This document shows, piece by piece, positions 13,239 to 25,300 of a stretch of DNA of 64,000 bases. The stretch's first letter is position 1, and each line of letters opens with the position of its first letter. The translations under genes were made by a program, and so were the position numbers. The notes under the pieces are model-generated. The model did not search any database, was not told the origin of the DNA, and worked only from the letters and a program-made list of their open reading frames with translations. The stretch comes from Tubiluchus corallicola (lineage: Eukaryota > Animalia > Priapulida): NCBI GenBank assembly GCA_030141605.1, contig JAQGDQ010000357.1:1-64000 (forward strand). The letters run 5' to 3'.

Positions 13239-16200
13239 ATTTTTGTTATTGTAAACAGAGGCAAACTGAGTTGTTATAATATGTTCTTTTTCATTAAATT
13301 TGCATGTTTTGTTATTTGAAAGTTTATTAAATTTATTCTTTGTTTGTTATTTACTTGTTTATTTTTATTTGTTATTGTTGTTGTATTATTTTTCAATTCA
13401 TTAGGCGAACCATAAACGATATGTTCGTCAAATATTTGACGACTTTGGTTGACAAATCGATAGAATTATAGTTAGAGTTCATGCCCATTTTACCCATTGC
13501 ATAATGTGCGTTGTCGTATATTCCCGCTGAAGGGTTTCTTTCCTTTTGAAAAATTCTTGTGCAATTTGAAATAACTGAACATTACACTATAAAGCATTTT
13601 AAACTTTAACATTTTAACCTTCTGCAGTCAAGCATCTAGTTATTATAAGATGAGTTTGTATAGTTGTAGTTTAAAGAAATAAAAATAAAATAACATCGTG
13701 TGTGACACTCACGATTTATTAATATTATTTCAAAATTTTGGAATACCTATGGGGGACCGATACCTCACGATTACATATCATCCGTAATACATAATAAGCG
13801 CTTGTTTTGACCTATTATCACATCAGCCAGGACATTTAGTGAAATACATGGTTCTAGATTTTAGAAAGTGAACATATGAACGTTGTTAATATAGTAATGT
13901 TAACGAAAGTCCCTTTTCTTGTTTATCATCGACGAAGTTCCAAATTCATGGATCTTATATGTAAAAGCAATTTTACAGAGACTATAAATATTTTTGAGTA
14001 CGTTAATTATTTGGTTCTGAAATTAGTCTGAGAAAGGGCTAGACTTAGGCATACTTACGTAGAAGAGGCCTCGTGTACGCTCTCCTAAAGTTGTGTACCT
14101 GAAGATGTCATTACAAGAAAAGTAACAGGATCCTTTGGTATATATATATATATATATATATATGGGCTGGCAGAACTATCTAATGATATAATTGATAAAC
14201 TGTATGTTCACTCTACTTATCATAATACAATTACATGGACGAATTGGTATAAACTGCGTTTTGCACTAGGCGATCAACATCTTTAAACTTTTTAAACATG
14301 TAACTTATTTTATTTTGTACGATTGTATTTTATTTTTAATGTATTGTATTTTCTAATGATCTGTTTGTGTATTTATGTCTTGTGTCTGGGTGCACATGTA
14401 TGTACAACTTATATGTTAAACACCAGCAAACATATAGATAGCTGTTCACTAGAGAATCAGTCTGAATAAACTGAATAAAGTACCTTCTTCCATCTTTTTA
14501 TCCCTGAGAGCCTAATCTACATAAAAGATAGTTACACAGGTGTGAAAAGCTACATCGCTTTTGTCGCTTTTGCAAAAGTCTCTTATGATGCTACAATATT
14601 TGTTCATTGTATTTAAGGAGAAGAGCGTTGGTTGTAGGTTTGAATCGCTATGTAGTACTTTGTGTTTTTTCAGTACATCACTAGTGAGAAATATTGTAGA
14701 TCACGCAATTTTTCAGACTAGTCTTGTCTTCATAAGAAAGATGGGTCGGACGGTAGTCAATTGTTAGTCTAGAGCGTCGTGATGTCTTGATATGTCTCTG
14801 TTATTTACAGCGATACTCTCTTCATAGAGTAGCTTCCAATCAAATCATTACAATAAATAAATATAAAAAGATCGTGATAGGCCCAGTAAATTAAAAATTT
14901 TTCCTGCAGAACAATGTTCAAACCACAACAGAGGTAAATACGTTTACACCGGGTAGCTATGGCGTCAGGAATGATTTTTAGCGAGTCATTCCTGCAAGTT
15001 ACATAAATCTGAGGCGCTGTAGTGAATGGGCAAGTTTCGTGACTTTCCAAAGCCAAGTGGTAATCCTGATCAATACATGCAACTTTACTGTCTAAAAAAA
15101 CTTTAAGATTAGCAGTTGTTCACTGTTGAAGTTGAAATCTGAATAACTGTGTTTGTACGTAGACTATTTGATAATAAGATCTGCCTTCAGAATAGCAAAA
15201 ATGTTCGTAAAAACATATTTGTGATGGCACAAAAATGTGCTGACAACTGTATTAAGGGAAAGTTTTTCCGATAAAGAAGCGGAACATGACTGAGTGGTTA
15301 TGGCGTTATGTTTGGCGGCCTAAAAGTTAAGAGTGATGTCGAAGAGCAGTTCACTGCTTTATCACTCTATAAGAAATAAGATGTATTTATTTCACACATA
15401 TAATAGAACACAAATTAGCCATTAATCAAACTATTTTTATAGAAGAAAATGTGTGAGGGCAGTATACGACTATAAGAGTCCTAAAAACACTGCCCTCATA
15501 TATTATTCATTTACAGAATTTCGTTTCGGTGGCGGAGCTACGTAAAACAGGTCGTCATTAGTTCATCATTAAAAAAGTAACATTAACATATTGTTATAGG
15601 CTTATTACAATATTCGAATGACGTTAGCCGATATGAATAATTATTGGAATAAGATGCATGATAATGGTGGGCAAGTAAAATGATATGTTTTGAGATCAGA
15701 AAACTCAATCGCAATGTTATGTCACAAAATCTAAAGTATAAGAAAAACTAATCTGCAATGTATTACTGCTCGAAATAAATGGTTTGGTTAAAAACAAGAA
15801 GATTCTGCTTTAATTACGGTATTGACGAGAATGAAATGCAATAGTTATCTGTATTACATCAAGTAGTACTAAGAAAAGCCACACTAGTTTTAGTCCCCAT
15901 GCTGATTCTCGCTGTTTTATTCTCGTAGCCCCAAGGAGCTGATGTACGCATATCCGAACGTGGTTTAAATACCTCTGCTGGTTCAGTGGCTCTTCTTAGA
16001 AACGGCCTTGACAATGAAGCAGGACCGCTCTTGCCACGATCGTTCAATTTGAGTTGAAGGCTGAACTTCCGGCTTGCAAATTGTATAAAAAATATCAACG
16101 GCTGAAGTAATTGTAAAAACCTACAAAAATATCAGATGAGAGAAAAATGACGAGGTCAGACAAAGTACACGAAAGATTTAGAAAAAGCTTTTTGCTTGGT

Positions 16201-16664
16201 GTACAACACAACATAATTAATTAATCATTAGCTGATTTAATCATGAGTGGGTGTGTAATCCCGAAAGAATGTATTAGATCCTTCTTCACTTTCATTATTG
16301 ATAAGCATTTGAATCTTGTAATTAAATGTAGGATCCTGGGCGTATTCAATTTTGGAAGTAACCGGTTTTCCTGCGTAACGCACATACACACACGCACGCA
16401 CGCGCGCATGCACACACACACACACACAGGATAGAAAGCAACTAAGAAAGCTAGTTTCTTCCACCGGGCCTCTTACCTATGGAAGTAAATAAAAGTAAAC
16501 GTAGTGTAGTGTAGTAGTGTAGCTATAAAAATTCTGGGTTATGGACCTATAGACTTATTCATGCCTTTGCTTAGTAATTGCATCACTTGCAATGAGCCTG
16601 AAAATTAACCAGTACCGTATGCTTTAAAAAGTCCCTACATTGCTTTTCACTATGATATTCATAC

Positions 16665-16774
16665 TAGCCTGTACTGTTATACACATATGTTGTAGCCTGT
16701 ACTGTTATACACATATGTTAGAGCCTGTACTGTTATACACATATGTTGTAGCCTGTACTGATACACATATGTAG
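16665..16774. repeat. Tandem repeat, 4 copies of a 28-bp unit (tagcctgtactgttatacacatatgttg)
   Basis: Unit starts at 16665, 16693, 16721 and 16749. Confidence 0.9.
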
Positions 16775-16978
16775 TAGAATTCTGAGCTCGAGAAATTAGT
16801 TTCCCTTCAACGTGTAGTGATTTATTAGTTATCAAAATGCAAAAAACCTGGATTCGAACTGCAAATACCTGTCGAGGGCAAAACATTTCTTGACGTGTAA
16901 TTTACATCAGTCACATTGCTTTTCAGGGGTGAGGTGCATTTTTAAAAAAACAGAGACGTCGTTTTCGTTTCAGTACTG

Positions 16979-17780
16979 CTACGTTCTAAGAAAACATGGC
17001 ACGCCCACCTGTTGATGCCACTCATTCCTGTCCACTGCCACCGACCACACTGCATCATTCCTAAAATCTAGAGTTGTATTTGATAAATCTTTTTGCAATA
17101 AATCTATACACGTCAGTAGTTGATCTCCTCTCGGCTTTTTTGTCGTTTCAAGAATTTTACGTAATGCTATAGGAAGAAGAGACTCTTGAGGTAATCTTAG
17201 TATACGCCCAATCCAATGCAATCTTCTTACTTGTATTTATTTACTTCAAGTATTCTTCTTCACCACATCATACAGATCTTCATTGGATATTCAGGTCATT
17301 TAATTCCTAGTGCCAACTCGCTGTCCATATTTAAAAAAAATTATAAATTAAACTTACTTGAAACATATAACTGATCACTCAGTCATGATTTGTTTTCATT
17401 TTCAAAAACTTCCCCTCTAGTATAATAATATTTTTATTACTTCCCACCCGTATTTATATTTGTATATATTGTATCTGCATATATTGTAATTTTTTTCGTA
17501 ACTAATTCTAGTGGCCTATTATAAGCTAGCTTCTTAGGTCTCTAGCGCAGAATTCATGAATTGTATCATATTTTTGTATTAACAAAAACTGATAACCGAT
17601 GCACATGCAATGTATATGTTTATTGCGAAATAAATCTATTAAATCTAGTAATTCTCTAAAGAGGCCTTTGAAAAGCGTAAATTTCCTTCTGTTGCTTAAC
17701 TTTTACTGTCCATAGTTCAGCATTATACAAAAACACAGGTTCAAAGGATCCGACTTTGGTTTCAAGTCTTGTTTTCAAAA
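16979..17780 (-). mobile_element. RTE-clade-like LINE 3' remnant, interrupted by an unrelated AT-rich insertion (~17320-17650)
   Basis: FLYNAELWTV (in the 17656-17838 frame) and RRLHWIGRILRLPQESLLPIAL...KKPRG...AVDRNEW (16979-17230) match RTE ORF C-terminal motifs LLYGxExW and RLRWxGHxxR...RxRGRP...AxDRxxW. Confidence 0.75.
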
Positions 17781-18028
17781 CAAGTTGTGAGATCTGAATA
17801 AGCAGACAATGCAAGAAGTTGTAGGTTAGCAGTAACATAATAGTAGAAAAATTGTGATTGTGGACAATTTTCGTTGCCTTTACTGAGTGCAGTGAACCAC
17901 TGTTATAGAATCACACAATTTGAGGTTTGTCTAACGATACTCAGCTTTGTCTATCTAGACCAAAATTTGATCAAAAATGAGGGAATTGGTAATTATTGGT
18001 ATTTAATACACTTAAAATTAAGCTTATA

Positions 18029-18201
18029 CTGTCAAACCTCATTATAATGCCAACCGAGCTTAATTCCCAAATTTCTACCAAAATAAAATGTATCTGTATT
18101 TGCATAGACATGTATGTATTGATGAGCCTCGTTATAATGCCACTTCCTATAACGCCAACTTTTTGCAGTCCCAAAGTAAGCAGTATAAAGAGGTTTGAAT
18201 G
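18029..18201. mobile_element. Tc1/mariner (pogo/Tigger-type) MITE
   Basis: Left end CTGTCAAACCTCATTATA versus reverse-complemented right end CATTCAAACCTCTTTATA (15/18). TA on both flanks. A related left end occurs at 47764. Confidence 0.7.
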
Positions 18202-19114
18202 TACATGAAAATTTTTACTTGAAACACACATGAATTGCCAATTCTGTGAGAAAAACAGGATGCAATGTATTTAATTGCTTTACTTATTTAGACAGCATTT
18301 AAGTGCTTTACCTATTTAGACATTACTACCACAGAAAATTTCTCTATCCAGTAACGATGTCTGTTGTTCTTATTCAGGGTTCCCACAGCATTATAAAATA
18401 AATCTACCTGACCAAATATTGATTTTCCATGACCAAGATAAGCAAAGATTGCATTACTAGTATACACATTAAAACATTTTTGTGATGGACATTCATACAC
18501 ATACTGATATATAATGTGTCAGCCAATCATTACTTTTGGAAGAGAAATCGAAACTGGGAGTCTGTAATAGCAGTTTTATTTGAACGTTAATCGCTGGAAA
18601 ATATGTTTGGAAAAATATCGATTCACGATGATTATTTTTGCAACCGGTTCCAATTTTGCCCATTTTCCCTGACTTTTTACCAAATTATCCTTTTAGCTGA
18701 CTTTTCCAGGACTTTCCAGTATAGCCCGTATTTTCAAGGATTTTCCCCGTACCGTGGGCACCCTGGGCATTGCAAAATTGTCCCATTTTCAAATCAATTA
18801 ATTAAAGTTATTATCAGTTTCAGGAAAATTTTTTGCAGCATGACTTTTAGTATAATTAAGCTACTTACAGTTTCATCTTAAACTGGTGAAAGGTATTTAT
18901 ATTTTAAGTTAACACCAATTTAGAATGTTACATCGCACAATATTCCTAACAACGGGGAGAAAATTATTAAAAGACATTTAATATCCACAACTCACAGAGG
19001 ATTTTGTTAGATTCAGTCACAATTAACAATGCAATTGGCTAGTTAAAATTAAATAAAAACAGAAGTTCCACAATGTACATTTTATTACAACATGATGTGT
19101 ACACAAAAAATTAG

Positions 19115-22100
19115 CTAGAATTGAATCATCTGACCCTGAAATAAAAAAAGAAAGTTTTACTAGAAATGAACTGTAATGTTTTGCATAACTACTGTAATTT
19201 CAGTAAGCGAAACATATAATCTGATTATTAATTTTACTATGGAAATTATGCAAATATAATGTTCAATTTTAATACCGATATTAGCTGCATTCATTATTAG
19301 CCTAACAACAACGAAAAAAGCAAACAAAGTGGTAATGTGTGAACATATAGTCGTTTAATAAAAGTACACAAGAATTAACAAACTTACCTTTCTCTTCTTG
19401 TCTCCACCCAACTCGAAATGCTTACAACGTTTAATAGCTAGTTGTTTCCGATACTTGCACTCTGTACACTCCATCCTCAATACTATCTTTTTTGTGGTCT
19501 TTGCCTGTAGAAATTTGAAGATTAAAAATATACAAAAAAGAAGGCAATGTTATACTATTCATGTGGACGAATTATGACTGTTCCCAAGCATTTCATTGAA
19601 ACATGCTGCCATTCACATTGGTGAACAGTTATTGCAAATCAATCCCATTATAACTGTGGCTTTTGCCTTTCAAAATGTGTGGAACTGCACTTCTGGTAGT
19701 ACAACCTGGCAAATGTATTGTACTCTATGCTGGTGCCATCTATTGACCGTTTTATTCATCAAAACCAAAGCAGTGCTAAATGCAAGCAATCTTTGATTGT
19801 ATAGGTATTAACTTACTTTTTTTCTAAATACAGGCTTCGTTTGTCCTCCATAACCAGATTGTTTTCTATCGTATCGCCTTTTACCTGTAAATCAATAATT
19901 TTTTACTAACACAATGTATTGCAATAATGTAATACAAGGTATATGAAAAAAGAGTGCTTGAATAAGTGGGAGCTAAATGTTTGTGAATTGACCTTGAAAG
20001 CCTGGTCTGTGAAGTAATATTTTTAAGATGCGCTACTCCAAGCGAATTACACATGTTAAAGATATGTATAAATTTATGGCTTCAATTGGCATTTATAATG
20101 ACAGCAAAGCACTCTGCCAAGTAGTACACCATGTTATTAATGACATACTTGTCAATATTTACCAGCCCACACAAAAACTTGCACATTTATACCAGCACTT
20201 GTTGTCACATTAGTGGGGCGGTGTGTGCTGGCATAAGCTAACTGTATTACCATTACAGTTTTATTAACTGAAAGACTAAGATCAAATAAAGCTAACATTC
20301 TGCTACAAAGAGCCAGCAGTGGTTATATTAATACATGAACCTTTTGAAAGCGGAAAATTAAAATAATGTTTACCTTGCGCATAAAGCGAGGCTTTTCCAG
20401 CTTTGTACTGTGTAACCTTGTGGGTCGTGTGTTTCTTACATTTTTTTCCTTTGCAAAAGGTCCGTCTGGTTTTAGGAACGTTCACCTGTAAGTATAATTA
20501 TTGGAATTAACAATATGTGTAGATACAACTATCCATTATTCTTTCCATATACTGCTTGCATGTAAATTAAGACACTGGTTGTCTTTACCAAACCAGCGAC
20601 AAAATTCACTGGTTTCACAAGCAAAGTTTAATTAATTTAATTTTATTTTATTATACATAATATAGAAAAGTGATACCGAGAAGTACACCGAGGTACAATG
20701 AGCGATAAACATTAAATTCTTGAAATTATTAAATTTATTTTGACATATCTCTGAGACATGCTAAAAATTTACTAGTTATAATGAGTCTATATTATAAGGA
20801 CTGCCTGGAATAATATTGCAAGACAGAAAGGAATAGACAGAAATGAACAGATCCGGATAGGTACTTCTGTAGTGGTGCAATGTTGTATATATGTGCTAAA
20901 CCTAAGGCCGTGCAAAACAACTAGCAAGAGATATTCTGGTGTAATCTAAACAATCATGATCCAAAGAGAAAGACAAAATAAGTCAAACAAAAACAAGCGT
21001 CTTGGGGACATTAATTGGATAGATTAGATACCCTAACGTGACGGTCTGTTGTACATTTACCAGAGATTTTTGTCACTATAACATCACTCGCAACTTTTGT
21101 TTAGAAGCTCCCTTACTCATTTTCAGCCTACTTTAGAAATTTTGCACCTATTTCTAGCATGTTTTAGTCATACAATATCCTGCTCGTCTTCAGTTTTTTC
21201 TGGTTTTGTATCAAGTTTAACATAGTAAACATTTATTGATTAATAACACCACCAGACCCATCTTAATCACAGCCTTAAAGATGCAATTATCACAAATAAT
21301 ATTACCGAAAAGTTTGAAAATGTGAAAAAGTGACAATAAAATGTCATTAAATGCTTCCAAGACAAAGGAAATGGTATTGCCGAGGAATACATCCATAGCT
21401 GTGCCTTGTGACACAAATGGGATTGCCAGAGTTTCAGAAAAAGTCATATTGGGACTTCATATCACTGATAAATTGAAATGGTCAGCTCACATTCATGATA
21501 AATGCAGTTCAATGGCTTCATAGACTGTCTCGTCTCAAAAAATGGGTATAAACTGGGGGAACACAAAATGTTATTTAATTCATTAATAGTTTCAGTAATT
21601 TTTATGCCAGCAAGGTGTGGAACTACGCCATAATGCATATATTCCAGACCACAACTGAAAATTGAGAAGGTGATGCAGAGTTTTGTTCATAGACATACTT
21701 TCAAAAACGATTATTGATTCTTTAAATACGTGCGATTACATTATTAATTTAACTTCAATATATTTTAAGAATATCAAAGTCTTACCACATTCTTAGCTGC
21801 GTTTCTTAGACATTCAAAGTATTACCACATAAAGTCACGTAACTGAGTTTTCAGTCTGTCAGCAAATAATTTTCATTCAATGCACGACATTATACACAAA
21901 TGAAAGTACTAGTATTAGTAGCTATCTTAATAAAGTCTTTATCAAGATTATTTTGTCTTAGCAGTAACGTTTTTGACGTATTTTTTCTAAAATGTGCATT
22001 TTTAATGTAAAATGACTGTGACTGCAAAAATTAATGTTAAATAAAAGACGTTTATTATTACTGTTACACAGAAAATAACACCTACTTAGAGTCAATGAAC

Positions 22101-22269
22101 TAAAGCAACTAATAAATTTTCGAAACAATTTACCATTCTTAAAATACAATGATATATCGAATGAATTAAAAACACTGTACATTACAGCGGGCAAAACGCT
22201 CAACGGAAAAACACAAGAGCTAAGGATTTCTTGGATTAGAAACTCAAAATAAAATACTAAACTTACCAT
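19115..22269 (-). CDS. RPL36A: 60S ribosomal protein L36a / eL42 (L44), 106 aa. Exons 22267-22269, 20374-20485, 19817-19884, 19388-19504, 19115-19135
   Basis: Spliced translation [106 protein letters not shown]. All introns are GT-AG; ATG-only first coding exon; AATAAA at 19086-19081. Confidence 0.98.
21341..21625 (+). mobile_element. LINE (CR1/L2-like) RT C-terminal fragment in RPL36A intron 1
   Basis: [10 protein letters not shown] and [16 protein letters not shown] match the LINE motifs LNxxKTKxM and LGVxxxxxLxWxxHI; stop and frameshifts follow. Confidence 0.7.
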
Positions 22270-22386
22270 TTTGGCAGTTCCGAAAAAGAAGGCCGCACTT
22301 AATTTTTCGGCGATTTTGATTGGTTAAAATTTTTCGGTGGTGCGGAGCAGTTACCTTCTGTACCACTACCACCAGCGGCCAGCGGT
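22270..22386. promoter_or_regulatory. Compact bidirectional promoter/5'UTR region shared by RPL36A and ARP6, with a TCT/5'TOP pyrimidine tract and a CCAAT box
   Basis: The ATGs diverge at 22269 (-) and 22387 (+). Minus-strand CCTTCTTTTTC at 22292-22282 lies just upstream of the RP ATG. ATTGG at 22319-22323. Local CpG enrichment. Confidence 0.8.
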
Positions 22387-25300
22387 ATGGCTGCAAACAT
22401 CGTGATTTTGGACAACGGTGCCTACACTGCAAAAATTGGCCACTGTTTAGACAAAGAACCAAGGTAATAATGCAATCTTACAATTTGTCTTCTTTTTGTT
22501 CTGTGTGCATTTCATTTTGCGCTTGGGGTTTGTTAGCTATCAAATTTGCAGAACATGGGGTTTGTTAGCATACGCAGTACTAGTAATTATGTTAATTTGA
22601 AGCGTTTGGGGGACCAATGATATAACGTAACATTAAATTTTAATTTTCAGAATATTTTTTATTTGATTCGTAACGCTAGATTACTGTTATTTAATGTCAA
22701 TAATGTACTTTACAGGGTGGTTCCAAACTACAAGGCAAAAGCTAAAAATGAAAAGAAGCGTGCATTTGTTGCAAGTCAGTTAGATGAGTGCAAAGATTAT
22801 TCTGGTTTATACTACTTGCTACCTTTTCAGAAGGTAACGATTTATTGTGGCTTCTTCAGAGTTCTGGCTATCAAAACTGTATCAGCTGTTTTTATAGACA
22901 TTTGGATTTCTGTTTTGAACTGATATTGTTATTCCTTTAATAAAAAAATTTTATGCCAGTTTCGCATAATACCGCTATTACTGTGACATTTAATATACCT
23001 AAACTCGGTATAAAGTCAGCCGTGAAGATTTTGCTTAGCTTCCAAGCTGTATATGTGCATGCATATAAATGTGTAAATGAACTTTAACTTTTTTTACAAA
23101 ATCTGGCTTTTTTCCAGATATATTAATATCTTGATAATAATAGGGCTGGCTTGTTATCTTTGATAAATAATGCACAGACAAAATTTTACTTTAAGTCACA
23201 ATGACAAATAAAACATATTGAACATTAGTGATTGTTTGCGCATAATCTCTATATGTTAATAGCGTTTCCCAGTTCTCTTAAATATTTGTGTATCTTGCAG
23301 GGTTTTCTTGTCAACTGGGACATACAAAAGGAAGTTTGGGACTTTTTATTTGGCAAAGATTTTCTTAGTGTAAGTGTATTGAGTTATTGAGCATTTAGAT
23401 ACCTAAAATATTCTGTAATGTGTATACTTTCTGCTACCTTAACACTGTATATTAACTGCAATTTATTGAAATTGCCAGGGCTCTTGAAATCAGGAAGTAT
23501 TGATCTCCAAAGAAGTCTCACGAATGAAATGACACATCAAATTTTTCAGAAAAAAAGCTTGTGGTATTGAGTATCATAGCGTGCATATAAAAAATAGATA
23601 AAAAGAGATGTCAAACAAGTCATAGTGTGAGATTTGTGTGTCCTAAATGCACATGGCTTCTTACAATAACTGATTAATCACATGGTGTCTGCTTAGTGCA
23701 TAGTGACCTGAGTTAAGTAACCCGTGACCTGGTTATGTTTGTGGGAATTAAGGATATGCATTATTACTTGGAATAGAAGAAATTTTTCATTCTGCTCATC
23801 TCCCTTTAAAGGAAGACAGGATGATTTTTCATATCCATTTTAAAAATGTAACATCTGGAAGTAGCCAATGAATAAACTACATGTCAACACAAAATGTAAG
23901 AAAAGTAAACTTTATTCTTAATGAAGAAACAATGAATAAAACATGGCTGACTCCAAGTGAACATTATAAATGACTTATGACTTATCTCGAAGTACGATAC
24001 AAAGTATACATTTTAACACCCATAAAGCTGCAAAAGCATTTCTGACAATTAAATAATAGATAAAATTCTTAGTTAACAGTAGGCGAGTCCAACTATATCA
24101 CAAATGAACATAATTTTCAACAGCAAAAACATTCCGTAACCATGTTGTGTGTATTTGTGAAAGTGAAAATTGAAGTTCAGTTCTACTGTAAGAGATACAG
24201 TGTGTTATACTAAAACTTGCCACGTTTTAAGATAAAAGTTCAAATTTACCGCTGTGCTCACACATCAGCGTGCACTGTGTCACAAATGAGCATCTCTGAA
24301 CTGAGAGGTACAATACCTGTTTTTTGTACAACATGTTTCCGAAATGCATATCTAAGTAACGAATGGCAAAGTGCTTGTAACAGAGGCTAAGAACTAGCCG
24401 TATTACATTTCTGCGTTAATAATTCTTTCACATAAGTCATTCTTAAAGAAATAGTATGTTCCCTTTCAGTATTTTAGTGAGCAGATTATGTTGATCTACG
24501 GTTTAAGATTGGGTTCAGTTTTCCTTTAATTTTTTAAAATTTGTTTGTTTTGTGTTTGCAGATAACTACTAGAGATACCGGGATTTTGTTCACCGAACCG
24601 TATTTTAATTTCTTCTCTGTGCAGGAAGCTCTGAACGAAATCTTTTTTGAAGAATATCAATTTAAGTCAATGCTAAGAACTAATGGTAATGGTTTTAATT
24701 ACATATACTTGTATCGCATTTAAAAGTAAGATGGTTCCAACGTCAGTAATCTTGTGATAACCCACTGCCTTGCCAATTATAGACTAGCGTTTCTGTTTTT
24801 CCTGTCGCTAAGTTCAACTCAGTAGCTAGTAGCTTGTGATGTCACTTTACTTTAAAAAAAACGATCCTGCAAAAAAGGCATGTTTGCATCATTTTAATAT
24901 ATTGCAGCTTGTAAAAAATAACAAAATACGTTTATGTGAGTTTTCTTACTATGGTGTTCACATATAGGCTTTACTATAGGCATGCATCGTAAGCACTCAA
25001 TATTTTTCGAGCTTCTGTGGGTAGTATAGTTTTCATTTTCATTTAATGTTGGATTTTAACTCTGCATATTTATGGATAGTGATCAGTGATGGGCGATTTC
25101 GAAATTTTATAATTCAATTGTAATCTTGTTCTTGTTATTCGATATCATGATTAACCTGTTGTGACAATATTTTAGTCTTTTAGCCATATTTTTCAAGCAT
25201 TGCTGTACTGAAATGTAGCCTGTAAACTTCTTCACAGCTTCCGTCGCTGTCTACCATTTTCGTACTCGCAAACTATATTTAGAGACACACGCACATTCAT

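Noticed and set aside
14098-14132. Hammerhead-like CTGAAGA...GAAA (also degenerate motifs at ~21155-21192 and ~57110-57141, minus strand)
   Set aside because: Stems I/III do not pair or the catalytic core is mutated; at best Penelope-type remnants.
19200-19298. C/D box snoRNA in RPL36A intron 4
   Set aside because: Imperfect C box (ATAATGA), very AT-rich, and no rRNA complementarity I could recognise.
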